Assembly (NCBI GenBank): GCA_964482715.1
Contig: CAYZYX010000003.1
Location: 1-64,000 of the forward strand
Origin: an uncultured Clostridia bacterium
Lineage (GTDB): Bacteria > Aerophobota > Aerophobia > Aerophobales > B3-G15
Direction: 5' to 3'
DNA: 64,000 nucleotides
Shown here: piece by piece, positions 32,182 through 40,762 of the stretch
How positions within the stretch are numbered: the first letter of the stretch is position 1
How the letters are laid out: every line of letters begins with the position of its first letter
Position numbers and translations under genes: made by a program
Notes under the pieces: model-generated
Databases searched by the model: none
What the model was told of the DNA's origin: nothing
The model's input: only the letters and a program-made list of their open reading frames with translations

Positions 32182-32952
32182 ATGCCCAATATTAAGCTTA
32201 CACTGGCTTACGATGGAACTAATTACTGTGGTTGGCAAATTCAACCTGATGTTCCCACCGTCCAGGGCGAAGTAGAGCGAGCTTTAAGTAAAGTCTTATC
32301 AAAAAAGGTTTCGGTAATTTGTGCCGGGAGAACCGATACTGGAGTACATGCGAGGGGACAGGTTATAAATTTTAAAACTTCTCTTTCTTTTCCTCTTGCT
32401 CAGTTACCATATGCTCTAAATAGCATCTTACCACCTGATATCAGGATAATTCGTGCCTGTTATGTTTCAGACAAGTTTCATGCTCGACACAGTGCTTGCT
32501 ATAAAGTTTACAGATATTTCATTTATAACCATGTTTACCTTCCACCCTGGTTTAAGAATTTCGCCTGGCTGGTTACTTTTCCGTTAAATTGTGACCAGAT
32601 GCAAGAGGCTGCAAATTACCTTATCGGCAGACATGATTTTTCATCTTTTCAAAATCAAGGAAGCCCCTGTAGGACACCTGTCAGATATATGGAAAAGATT
32701 AAAATTACCAGGAAAGGCTTATGGATAAGCGTCTTCATGAAGGCTGATGGGTTTTTGTATAAAATGGCCAGAAATATCACCGGAACACTCGTGGAAGTAG
32801 GAAGGGGAAAAATTCCACCATCAGAGGTTGAGGTTATACTAAAGTCAAGAGATAGAAGAAAAGCCGGACCCACAGCTCCTCCTCAAGGTCTGTTCTTATG
32901 GAAAGCTGGATATCCCTCTCACTATTACATATCTGAGTGTTCGGTGCGGTAG
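32182..32952 (+). CDS. truA: tRNA pseudouridine(38-40) synthase
   Basis: YDGTNYCGWQ, AGRTDTGVHA, HDFSSF, GFLYKMAR, TAPPQGL. Confidence 0.97.
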   Translation: MPNIKLTLAYDGTNYCGWQIQPDVPTVQGEVERALSKVLSKKVSVICAGRTDTGVHARGQVINFKTSLSFPLAQLPYALNSILPPDIRIIRACYVSDKFHARHSACYKVYRYFIYNHVYLPPWFKNFAWLVTFPLNCDQMQEAANYLIGRHDFSSFQNQGSPCRTPVRYMEKIKITRKGLWISVFMKADGFLYKMARNITGTLVEVGRGKIPPSEVEVILKSRDRRKAGPTAPPQGLFLWKAGYPSHYYISECSVR

Positions 32953-32960
32953 TGTAAAGC

Positions 32961-32996
32961 TTGACCTTGAAAATTATCATTTTTGTATTATAAAAT
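32961..32996 (+). promoter_or_regulatory. Probable sigma70-type promoter of mcsA
   Basis: TTGACC (32961) and TTGAAA (32967) with TATAAA (32989) or TAAAAT (32991); register ambiguous. Confidence 0.45.
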
Positions 32997-33038
32997 TTAA
33001 GGAACTTTTTTCACTTTCATTTACATGGGAGAATAGAA

Positions 33039-33584
33039 ATGCTGTGCCAGATGTGCAAAAGCAGAGAGGCTACGGTTCATGTTAAGGAGATAATTAACGG
33101 TGAAAAAAGGGAACTTCATTTATGTTCTGTCTGTGCAGAAAAAAAAGGATTAACCGAATTTCTCCTTTCTCCTGATTCTATCTTTGCCAGTTTAATGGGA
33201 GAACTGAGTCAATTTCTGGAATCGCCATCTCCTGTGACCGAAGAAGAAGAAAAATGCCCCAGTTGCGGGTTATCTTTTGATAGGATAGTGAAAAAAGGAA
33301 AAATGGGGTGTTCCTGCTGCTATGAGACATTCAGACGTCATATTGTCCCTTTATTGGAAAAAATTCATGGAAGAGCCAGCCATAGAGGTAAAATCCCCGA
33401 AAGAGCAGCTGTTGAGAATAAAAAGAGACTGTTGCTTTACAGGTTACGTCACCAGTTGGAAGAAGCGGTTAAGAAAGAAGAATATGAAAAAGCAGCTCAA
33501 ATCCGGGATCAAATAAGAAGAATTCAAAGTGAAGGTAAGCATCTTGGGAGAGAAAATCAAATATCTTCTCAAGACACCAAATGA
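33039..33584 (+). CDS. mcsA: McsA, activator of protein-arginine kinase
   Basis: Four CxxC motifs, HxGKIP, C-terminal UVR domain EEYEKAAQIRD. Confidence 0.93.
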   Translation: MLCQMCKSREATVHVKEIINGEKRELHLCSVCAEKKGLTEFLLSPDSIFASLMGELSQFLESPSPVTEEEEKCPSCGLSFDRIVKKGKMGCSCCYETFRRHIVPLLEKIHGRASHRGKIPERAAVENKKRLLLYRLRHQLEEAVKKEEYEKAAQIRDQIRRIQSEGKHLGRENQISSQDTK

Positions 33585-34608
33585 ATGGATAAAGGCTACA
33601 GGTCCTGAAAGCGAGATAGTTTTTAGTTCTCGTGTTAGATTGGCCAGAAACATGCGAGGATTTTCTTTTCCTCCATGGGGAAAGGATTCACAGCTAAAAG
33701 AAGTGTGCAACCAAGTCCTGGAGGTGATTTGTAAGAGTAACTATTTTAAAAATTGCCTGATTTTAAATATGGACGAACTTTCCTTATTGGAGAAAAAATT
33801 TTTACTGGAGAGACATTTAATCAGTAGAGAATTTATTAAAGGAGGTAGAAATCAGGTCTTAATAATTGTTCCGGGTGAAGTCGTGTCAATTATGGTTAAC
33901 GAAGAAGACCATTTAAGAATCCAGGTCATTCTTTCAGGGCTTCAATTGATGGAAGCCTGGCGAATTGCCGATGGAATTGATACCGAATTAGCCAAGAATT
34001 TAAATTATGCTTTTTCACCACAGGAAGGGTACCTCACATCTTGTCTGACCAATGTAGGAACAGGATTGAGAGCCTCCTGTATGTTGCACCTGCCAGCACT
34101 TACCTATATAGGCAAGATAGACGATGTTTTAAAAACTGTGTCCAAATGGGGTCTTGTTGCTCGTGGATTTTATGGAGAAGGAAGCAAAATTCAGGGTGAT
34201 TTTTTTCAGATTTCCAACCAGGTTACCTTAGGATTAAAGGAGGAGGAAATTATAAACCTGGTGGAAAAAATAGTTCATGAGGTAATAGAACAGGAAAAGA
34301 AGGCTCGAGAATATTTATTAAAACGTGATGGTTTAAGAATTGCCGATGAGGTGGGAAGGGCCTATGGGATCCTCTCTCATGCTTATTTGATTGATTCTGG
34401 AGAGGCAATGAGTTTGCTATCCAAGTTAAGGTTAGGACTGTGTATGGGGTTAATTTCCGAAAACATTCCAATGGCTGTTTTAAATTATCTTTTTATAAGT
34501 GTTGGACCTGCTCAAATTCAGGTCAAAGAGGGAAAGCCTCTAAGACCAATAATGAGAGACAAGATTAGAGCCGGGGTTATTCGTGAAAAACTGAGCCATG
34601 AGAGATGA
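33529..34608 (+). CDS. mcsB: Protein-arginine kinase McsB
   Basis: SSRVRLARN, LLERHLIS, MVNEEDHLRIQ, GYLTSC.TNVGTGLRAS, QISNQVTLG; exact start uncertain. Confidence 0.95.
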   Translation: MKVSILGEKIKYLLKTPNEWIKATGPESEIVFSSRVRLARNMRGFSFPPWGKDSQLKEVCNQVLEVICKSNYFKNCLILNMDELSLLEKKFLLERHLISREFIKGGRNQVLIIVPGEVVSIMVNEEDHLRIQVILSGLQLMEAWRIADGIDTELAKNLNYAFSPQEGYLTSCLTNVGTGLRASCMLHLPALTYIGKIDDVLKTVSKWGLVARGFYGEGSKIQGDFFQISNQVTLGLKEEEIINLVEKIVHEVIEQEKKAREYLLKRDGLRIADEVGRAYGILSHAYLIDSGEAMSLLSKLRLGLCMGLISENIPMAVLNYLFISVGPAQIQVKEGKPLRPIMRDKIRAGVIREKLSHER

Positions 34609-36037
34609 TCCTCTTTTAGAGAAAGTAGAGGAAACTATCCGTAAATTTGACATGTTTTGTATTGGAAGTAAGATAGTGGTGGGAATATCTGGGGGACCAG
34701 ATTCCACTGTTCTTTTGCATGTTCTTTATCATCTTCGGGAAAGATTTAAAATCAAAATCCGAGCTGCTTATCTTAACCATTGTCTGAGAGGAGAAGAAGT
34801 GGAAAGGGAAAAAGAGTGGGTCAAGGATTTTACTCGTAAACTCGGTGTTCCCCTCATATGTGACTGCATAGACGTGGCACTTCTGGCAAAAGAAAAAAGG
34901 ATGAGTTTAGAATCCGCAGCTCGAGAAGCGAGATACGGATTTTTGGAACATGTAGCTAACCAGGTGGGAGCAAGCCGTATTGCTGTGGGACATACAGCCT
35001 CCGATCAAGCAGAAACTCTTTTAATGAGACTCGTAAGAGGTAGCGGGCTGGATGGACTGGCAGGTATCCCTCCAGTGAGAGGTAGGGTTGTACGGCCTAT
35101 GATTGAAGTATTCAGATGGGAAGTGGAAGAATACTGTCAGAGACACAATTTAACTCCCAGAGAGGATTCAACCAACAGAGATGTATCTTTTTTTCGTAAT
35201 TCAATCAGGCTCGAGCTTATTCCTTATCTTACAAAGCGGTACAATCCAAAATTACCGGAAATTTTAGTTCAAACTACCGATATTCTTCGTGTTGATAAGG
35301 AGTTTTTACAAGAACTTGCTTCAAAAGCGGAAGAGAAAGTTCTTAAGAGAAGGAATGATAAAATCTTAATTATGGATATTAAAACTTTATCTCGATTTCA
35401 TCTCTCTCTTAAGCGCAGACTGATACGAAATGCAATTGAGAGGTTAAAAGGAAATCTTCGAGGAATCACCTATGATCACATTAATGATGTTATTAAATTG
35501 CTGGGATGTAAAGGCACAAAGATTTTAAATTTACCCGAAGATGTCAGGGTTATTAAACAATATGATGAGCTTATCCTGAGTCAACAGGGATTTTTTGCAC
35601 CTTCGTTTTTCAGCTTTCTTGAAATTCCCGGCAAAACAGAAATCCCCCAGCTTAACCTCTCTTTTGAGACGGAAATTACAACTGAAGTCCCGGTGGAGTT
35701 TTCATCTGATCCTTTTGAAGTTTACTTTGATTTTGATAAACTTCCTAAACCTTTATTTATACGCCCAAGGAAAGAAGGAGACAGATTTGTGCCTCTGGGA
35801 ATGAAGGAAGAAAAAAAACTGAAAAAGTTTTTCATAGATGCAAAAGTTCCTCTTGTCCAGAGAGATAAAGTGCCCATATTGGTTGGTGGTGATAAAATAT
35901 TATGGGTAGTGGGTTATAGAATAGATGAGAGGTTCAAAGTTGATCCTACCACGAAGAAAGTTTTAAAGACAAGGGTGCTTCGAAATGTCAGAACGTCAAG
36001 CACAGATAAACCGGAAAACAAGGGAAACCGAAGTTAG
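34598..36037 (+). CDS. tilS: tRNA(Ile)-lysidine synthetase
   Basis: SGGPDS PP-loop, AREARY, GHTASDQAET, RNSIR, C-terminal GDRF...KKLKKFFID. Confidence 0.96.
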   Translation: MRDDPLLEKVEETIRKFDMFCIGSKIVVGISGGPDSTVLLHVLYHLRERFKIKIRAAYLNHCLRGEEVEREKEWVKDFTRKLGVPLICDCIDVALLAKEKRMSLESAAREARYGFLEHVANQVGASRIAVGHTASDQAETLLMRLVRGSGLDGLAGIPPVRGRVVRPMIEVFRWEVEEYCQRHNLTPREDSTNRDVSFFRNSIRLELIPYLTKRYNPKLPEILVQTTDILRVDKEFLQELASKAEEKVLKRRNDKILIMDIKTLSRFHLSLKRRLIRNAIERLKGNLRGITYDHINDVIKLLGCKGTKILNLPEDVRVIKQYDELILSQQGFFAPSFFSFLEIPGKTEIPQLNLSFETEITTEVPVEFSSDPFEVYFDFDKLPKPLFIRPRKEGDRFVPLGMKEEKKLKKFFIDAKVPLVQRDKVPILVGGDKILWVVGYRIDERFKVDPTTKKVLKTRVLRNVRTSSTDKPENKGNRS

Positions 36038-36578
36038 CGTCTATCTCAATATTGATGGAAGTGGGTACTCGGAAATTAATACCGGATATCCTTTTTTTGA
36101 CCATATGTTAGAACTTTTTTGCTGGCATGGATTTTTTGATTTGAGGATCAAAGCACAGGGTGACATTGAAGTTGATAAACACCATGTTGTAGAAGATGTA
36201 GGTATATGTCTGGGAAAGGCATTTTCCCGGGCCATCAAGGATAAAAAAGGTATTAAAAGATATGGATACTCCGTAGTTCCTATGGATGAAGTTTTAATTC
36301 AATGTGCAGTTGACATAAGTGGAAGACCACTTTTAGTTTTCAACAGAGAGGAAGAATGGGTTATAGATAAAATAGGAGAGTCCTTTAGAGATTTTTTTAG
36401 AGGTTTTTGTAATCATTCAGGGGTAACCCTGCATATTATTGTTTACTCTGGCCAGGGACGTCATCACATTTTAGAGGGAATTTTTAAATCTTTGGCTCTA
36501 TGTCTTGATCAAGCTACTTCAATTGAGCCCCGAAGAGAAGGTTCTCCTTCCACTAAGGGTAAAATAGAAGAAGTATAG
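35985..36578 (+). CDS. hisB: Imidazoleglycerol-phosphate dehydratase
   Basis: RKTRETE, FFDHML, HHVVEDVG, PMDE, HHILE, PSTKG. Confidence 0.95.
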   Translation: MSERQAQINRKTRETEVSVYLNIDGSGYSEINTGYPFFDHMLELFCWHGFFDLRIKAQGDIEVDKHHVVEDVGICLGKAFSRAIKDKKGIKRYGYSVVPMDEVLIQCAVDISGRPLLVFNREEEWVIDKIGESFRDFFRGFCNHSGVTLHIIVYSGQGRHHILEGIFKSLALCLDQATSIEPRREGSPSTKGKIEEV

Positions 36579-36587
36579 AGGAAAAAG

Positions 36588-37037
36588 GTGCTTGCTGTAG
36601 TTCAGAGAGTAAGTTCAGCTTGTTGCATCGTTGGAGAAGAAATAGTGGGTCGGATAGGTAAAGGAATGGTTGTTTTACTTGCTGTGGGTAGAAATGATGG
36701 TTTAGACCAGGTCCGGTGGATGGCAAAGAAAATAGCCAATTTAAGGATCTTTGAAGATAAAAATGGAAAAATGAACCTCTCTTTACTTCAGATAAGAGGA
36801 GAAATACTACTTGTCCCGCAATTCACTCTTTATGGGGATTGCAGCAAGGGATACCGACCCAGTTTTACTGAAGCAGCTCCCCCTGAGATGGCAGAGAAGC
36901 TCTTTTTACAGGTAAAAAAGTGTTTATTGGATTTCAAGATAAAAATTATCAGTGGAATATTTGGTGCCCGAATGAAAATAAAACTCACAAATGAAGGACC
37001 TGTTACTTTAATTATATCTTCTAAAAACGAAAAATAA
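36588..37037 (+). CDS. dtd: D-aminoacyl-tRNA deacylase
   Basis: AVVQRV, LRIFED, QFTLYGD, RPSF, FGA.M, NEGPVT. Confidence 0.96.
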   Translation: MLAVVQRVSSACCIVGEEIVGRIGKGMVVLLAVGRNDGLDQVRWMAKKIANLRIFEDKNGKMNLSLLQIRGEILLVPQFTLYGDCSKGYRPSFTEAAPPEMAEKLFLQVKKCLLDFKIKIISGIFGARMKIKLTNEGPVTLIISSKNEK

Positions 37038-37048
37038 ATCTCTGGAAG

Positions 37049-38122
37049 ATGACTATGGCTAAAACAACTGTCGGATTAAAGATTGGTTCAACTTCCATAA
37101 AATTTGTTGAACTGGTGCATTTAAGGGATGGTTGTAAGTTGAGGAAAATAGGGATAGAGGAATTTCCTCTTTCAGAGAAAACCCAGGGTTACCTTAACAA
37201 TGTCAATTTTATTGCTGAAAAGTTGAAAGAGATTATTACCACCCATAAGATAAACTCACACAAGATAGTCAGTGGGGTGGAAGGTGAGTCAGTGGTAGTG
37301 AGAATTATAAGGGTTCCTCAAATGAAGGACAGCGAACTTCGAAGAGCAATAAGATGGGAGGCAGAAGAGCAAATCCCTTATCCCATGGATGATGTCTCAC
37401 TTGGATATCACATTTTAAAGAAGAATTTACTGGGGGCTCGAGGTAGAGAAGTAGCTGTACTTATCGTGGGAGTAAAAAAACAAAGCATTGATGAGCATCT
37501 TAATATTTTTCAGCAGATAGGTCTTACTCCCGCAATTGTTGATGTTAATTCTCTTGCTCTTTACAATATAGTTAAAAATAGTAGTATAGAAATATCCGAA
37601 GGAACCGCCCTTTTAAATATAGGTCATCGTGTTACCAATCTGGTTATTACGGCCGAAGATTTTCCTTTCATGGTTAGAGATATTAATTTTGGTGGGGAGA
37701 ACATCACTCAGAATTTGATGAGGAGATGGGGTATATCTTATGTAGAGGCCGAGAAACTCAAAAAAACTCGGGGAATGATCAGGTTTGATTTAGAGACTGC
37801 AAGTATAGAGGAGAAAGAGATGAGTCGAATTATCACGGATTCTCTGGAAGAACTCATTAAGGAAATAGTGCATTCTTTTGAGTATTTTGCTTCCAACAGA
37901 AAAGGTGCTCTTGTTCAAAAGGTGATTCTATCGGGAGGATGTTCTCTCATTAAAAATCTGGATAAATTTTTATCTCAGGAACTTGAAATCCCGGTTCAAA
38001 AAATAAATCCTTTCAGCAATGTAAGCTATTCAAGAGATAAGTTTGCCCAGTTTTTACCTTCTCTGGTCCCGCTTTTTGCTGTACCAGCAGGTTTAGCATT
38101 GAGGGAGATATCCTGGACATGA
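37049..38122 (+). CDS. pilM: Type IV pilus assembly protein PilM (actin-like)
   Basis: GLKIGSTSIK, WEAEEQIPY, LLNIGH, FGGENIT, LSGG, PV..INPF, GLALR. Confidence 0.92.
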   Translation: MTMAKTTVGLKIGSTSIKFVELVHLRDGCKLRKIGIEEFPLSEKTQGYLNNVNFIAEKLKEIITTHKINSHKIVSGVEGESVVVRIIRVPQMKDSELRRAIRWEAEEQIPYPMDDVSLGYHILKKNLLGARGREVAVLIVGVKKQSIDEHLNIFQQIGLTPAIVDVNSLALYNIVKNSSIEISEGTALLNIGHRVTNLVITAEDFPFMVRDINFGGENITQNLMRRWGISYVEAEKLKKTRGMIRFDLETASIEEKEMSRIITDSLEELIKEIVHSFEYFASNRKGALVQKVILSGGCSLIKNLDKFLSQELEIPVQKINPFSNVSYSRDKFAQFLPSLVPLFAVPAGLALREISWT

Positions 38123-38694
38123 TTGAGATTAATCTTTTACCACCAGAGATAATTCAACAGAGAAAAAAAAGAGATTTTATCATATTTGTGGGAATATGTG
38201 TAGCTGTGGCAATAAGTATTTGTTATCTTCTTTATCTTTCTTTAGCTCAAAGCATCTATCCTCTGGAGCAAAAATTAGAAGATATAAAAAGGCAGATTTC
38301 CCAATATCAACCCACCCTTAAAGAAATAGAAGAGACCAAAAAAGAAAATGCCGAGATAATGGCTCGATTTGATGCTTTCAGGCAGGTAGTGGAAAGACAG
38401 TCGTTTTGGCCTCGTCTATTATACGAGATTTATCGGGCACTTCCTGATACTTTATGGTTAAACGAGATTAAAACCAGTCAGGATGGTAAATTCGTAGAGA
38501 TCGAGGGAAATAGTTTAAACGAAACCATAGGTGTTGCACATTTTATCAATAACTTAAAAAAATCCGGGATTTTCTCAGATATTGAGTTTATTAAGTTCTC
38601 TCAGCATAAAATAGCGGATAAGCAGGCTATGCTTTTTAGATTAAGGTGTTTTCTGGGAAAAGAAAGACCAGTACCCGAAGGTTCTGCAAAATGA
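38119..38694 (+). CDS. pilN: Type IV pilus assembly protein PilN
   Basis: N-terminal INLLP motif, TM helix, coiled coil, LP..LWL. Confidence 0.9.
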   Translation: MIEINLLPPEIIQQRKKRDFIIFVGICVAVAISICYLLYLSLAQSIYPLEQKLEDIKRQISQYQPTLKEIEETKKENAEIMARFDAFRQVVERQSFWPRLLYEIYRALPDTLWLNEIKTSQDGKFVEIEGNSLNETIGVAHFINNLKKSGIFSDIEFIKFSQHKIADKQAMLFRLRCFLGKERPVPEGSAK

Positions 38695-39326
38695 GTATTT
38701 TCGATATGAAAGGTCGAGTAATGATAGGGGTGGCAATTTTCCTGGGGTTGTTACTGGTTTTTTATGTCATGGTTTATAAGCCCCAGATAATTCATAAAAA
38801 TAATCTTGAGATTAAAATCTCTCAGCAAAATAGAAGACTTCTTCAACTTAAAGAAAAGTACCGGGAACTTGAGCAGTTAAAAGAGGAAAATAAAAAAATT
38901 AAAAATAACCTTGCCGCTCTGGAAAGCAAGTTGAAGGAAGGAAGAGTGTCTTTCCTTTACGAGCTGGGATTTAGGGGAAAAATCTACGGAGTTGAATACC
39001 TGGAGATAACACCTTTATCTACAATAGAGGAGAAGTATTATCTTCGAACTCCGGTAAAAATGCATCTTTTTAGTAAATATCATAATTTTGGTATGTTGAT
39101 TTCCGACATGGCAAAAAAAGGGGGACTGGGGGCTTTTACCGTGGATAATGTACTTTTAAAATCCACCTCCAGAGAAGGGTACACAATTGAAGCCAGTCTT
39201 ATCCTTTCTCTTTACAGATATAAGGGGCTAACTTTCTATTCCAGTGAAACCGTAGCTACTTCTTTGAGTAATAAGATTTCCGGTTTAAAATCTTCTAAGA
39301 CTGGAGTTTTACGGAGAAAAAGATGA
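38691..39326 (+). CDS. pilO: Type IV pilus assembly protein PilO
   Basis: ATGA overlap with pilN; TM helix plus coiled coil; YY...PV and 'YHNFG' segments. Confidence 0.8.
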   Translation: MSIFDMKGRVMIGVAIFLGLLLVFYVMVYKPQIIHKNNLEIKISQQNRRLLQLKEKYRELEQLKEENKKIKNNLAALESKLKEGRVSFLYELGFRGKIYGVEYLEITPLSTIEEKYYLRTPVKMHLFSKYHNFGMLISDMAKKGGLGAFTVDNVLLKSTSREGYTIEASLILSLYRYKGLTFYSSETVATSLSNKISGLKSSKTGVLRRKR

Positions 39327-39769
39327 AGTTTTTAACGGTTTGTCTTTTGAGTTTATTCTTTTTTTCTTGCCTGGTTGAGACCAAAGTGTTTGCCCAGCCT
39401 GAAGAAGATTTTTCTCTGCCGGAAATATTTGAATACCCTGTAACTAAAGGTAGAGATCCCTTTGCTCCTCTTATAATTGAAAAAAAGAGGGTTGAAGAAA
39501 AAAAAGTAGTTATGCCAAAAGCTGAAGTCAAAGCTCAACCCGGGCCAGAAAAACTCCCTGTTATAACCCATTCTGAGTATAAGCTGATAGGTATTGTCTG
39601 GTATGGAGAAGAAGCTGCAGCTTTGATCAGAAAAAATGAAAAGACCTGGGTAGTAAAAGAAGGAATGGTTTTTAATGGTCTTAGTGTTGCAAGAATTGAG
39701 GGTGAAAAAGGAGAAGTTATTCTTCTGGGAAAAGATAAGATAATCAAATTAAATATGCTGGAGATTTAG
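39323..39769 (+). CDS. pilP: PilP-like protein
   Basis: Signal peptide, GRDPFAPL motif, LIGIVW..ALI..VKEG beta domain; position after pilO. Confidence 0.7.
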   Translation: MKFLTVCLLSLFFFSCLVETKVFAQPEEDFSLPEIFEYPVTKGRDPFAPLIIEKKRVEEKKVVMPKAEVKAQPGPEKLPVITHSEYKLIGIVWYGEEAAALIRKNEKTWVVKEGMVFNGLSVARIEGEKGEVILLGKDKIIKLNMLEI

Positions 39770-39770
39770 C

Positions 39771-40749
39771 ATGAAGATGAAGACCAATATTTTTTTGACT
39801 GGGGGGGCTTTTTTCTTTCTGGCATTTTTTTGCTTTTGCTTGTTAGCCGGAGCAGAAGAAATTCCACTGGAAAAGAAGGTGATATCTCTTGATTTTAAAG
39901 GTATTGATGTTCGAGATGCCCTGCGGCTGATTTCGGTCCAAAGTGGAGTAAACATAGTAGTTGAACCAGAAGTAGAGGGTAAAATCACTGCAAGATTTGA
40001 AGAGCCTGTCCCTTTACTTGAGGCACTTTCCATAATCCTTTCCTCTGTTGACTGCATCTACCAGAAAGAGGACAANNNNNNNNNNNNNNNNNNNNNNNNN
40101 NNNNNNNNNNNNNNNNNNNNNNNNNNNNNNNNNNNNNNNNNNNNNNNNNNNNNNNNNNNNNNNNNNNNNNNNNNNAGAGGATGCTCCCTTTTACCTTGAC
40201 AGGGTAAAAGAGCTTGTAAAAGAGGAAGATGTGCTGGATAAGCAAATTATGACCAAAAGTTATAACTTACTTTATCTATCACCACTTGAGGCTAAAACTC
40301 TTTTAGAGACAAAGCTTTCCAGATATGGAAGGGTGATTATCCCTGTAATCCCTGAAGAAAAAAGTGAAAACAAAGAGGAAATTGTTGTTATTCCTCAGGA
40401 AAATCCTGAGGAAAAGCAAGAAGTTGAAATAAAGTCATCTCAATCCAGTTCTTCTTTAGGCCTTGGACCAGTCATATATGTTACCGAGTTAAAGAAGAAT
40501 TTTCCCCAGATTGACAAGATAATTGAGGATTTTAATTCTGAACAGTGGGCTTCAAAAATGGTTACCCGTACTTTTTACTTAAAGGAGGGTTCCCTGGAAA
40601 GAATAGCTCTTGCCATTGCCAATGTACTAGGTGTACCTCCCGAAAAAATTGAAGGAATCAATTTAAAAAAGGTAAGCTGGATGGAGATGCAACTTACCTC
40701 TCCTTCTATTGATCTGGGAAATATTGGAGCAGTGGGTAAAAAACCCTGA
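39771..40749 (+). CDS. Secretin N-terminal part (signal peptide, N0/STN and NolW-like N-domains), interrupted by the assembly gap; no secretin barrel visible
   Basis: Before the gap ISLDFKGIDVRDALRLISVQSGVNIVV; after it EDAPFYLDRV..MTKSYNLLYLSP..LSRYG and VTRTFYLK; TGA 40747-40749; continuity across the gap is assumed. Confidence 0.7.
40076..40175. other. Assembly gap (100 N, true length unknown)
   Basis: Run of exactly 100 N. Confidence 0.99.
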
Positions 40750-40762
40750 TTGGGAGTGATCC

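Noticed and set aside
39985-40245. Apparent frameshift and extra ORFs around the N run
   Set aside because: The 100-N placeholder has arbitrary length, so the frame change is an artefact
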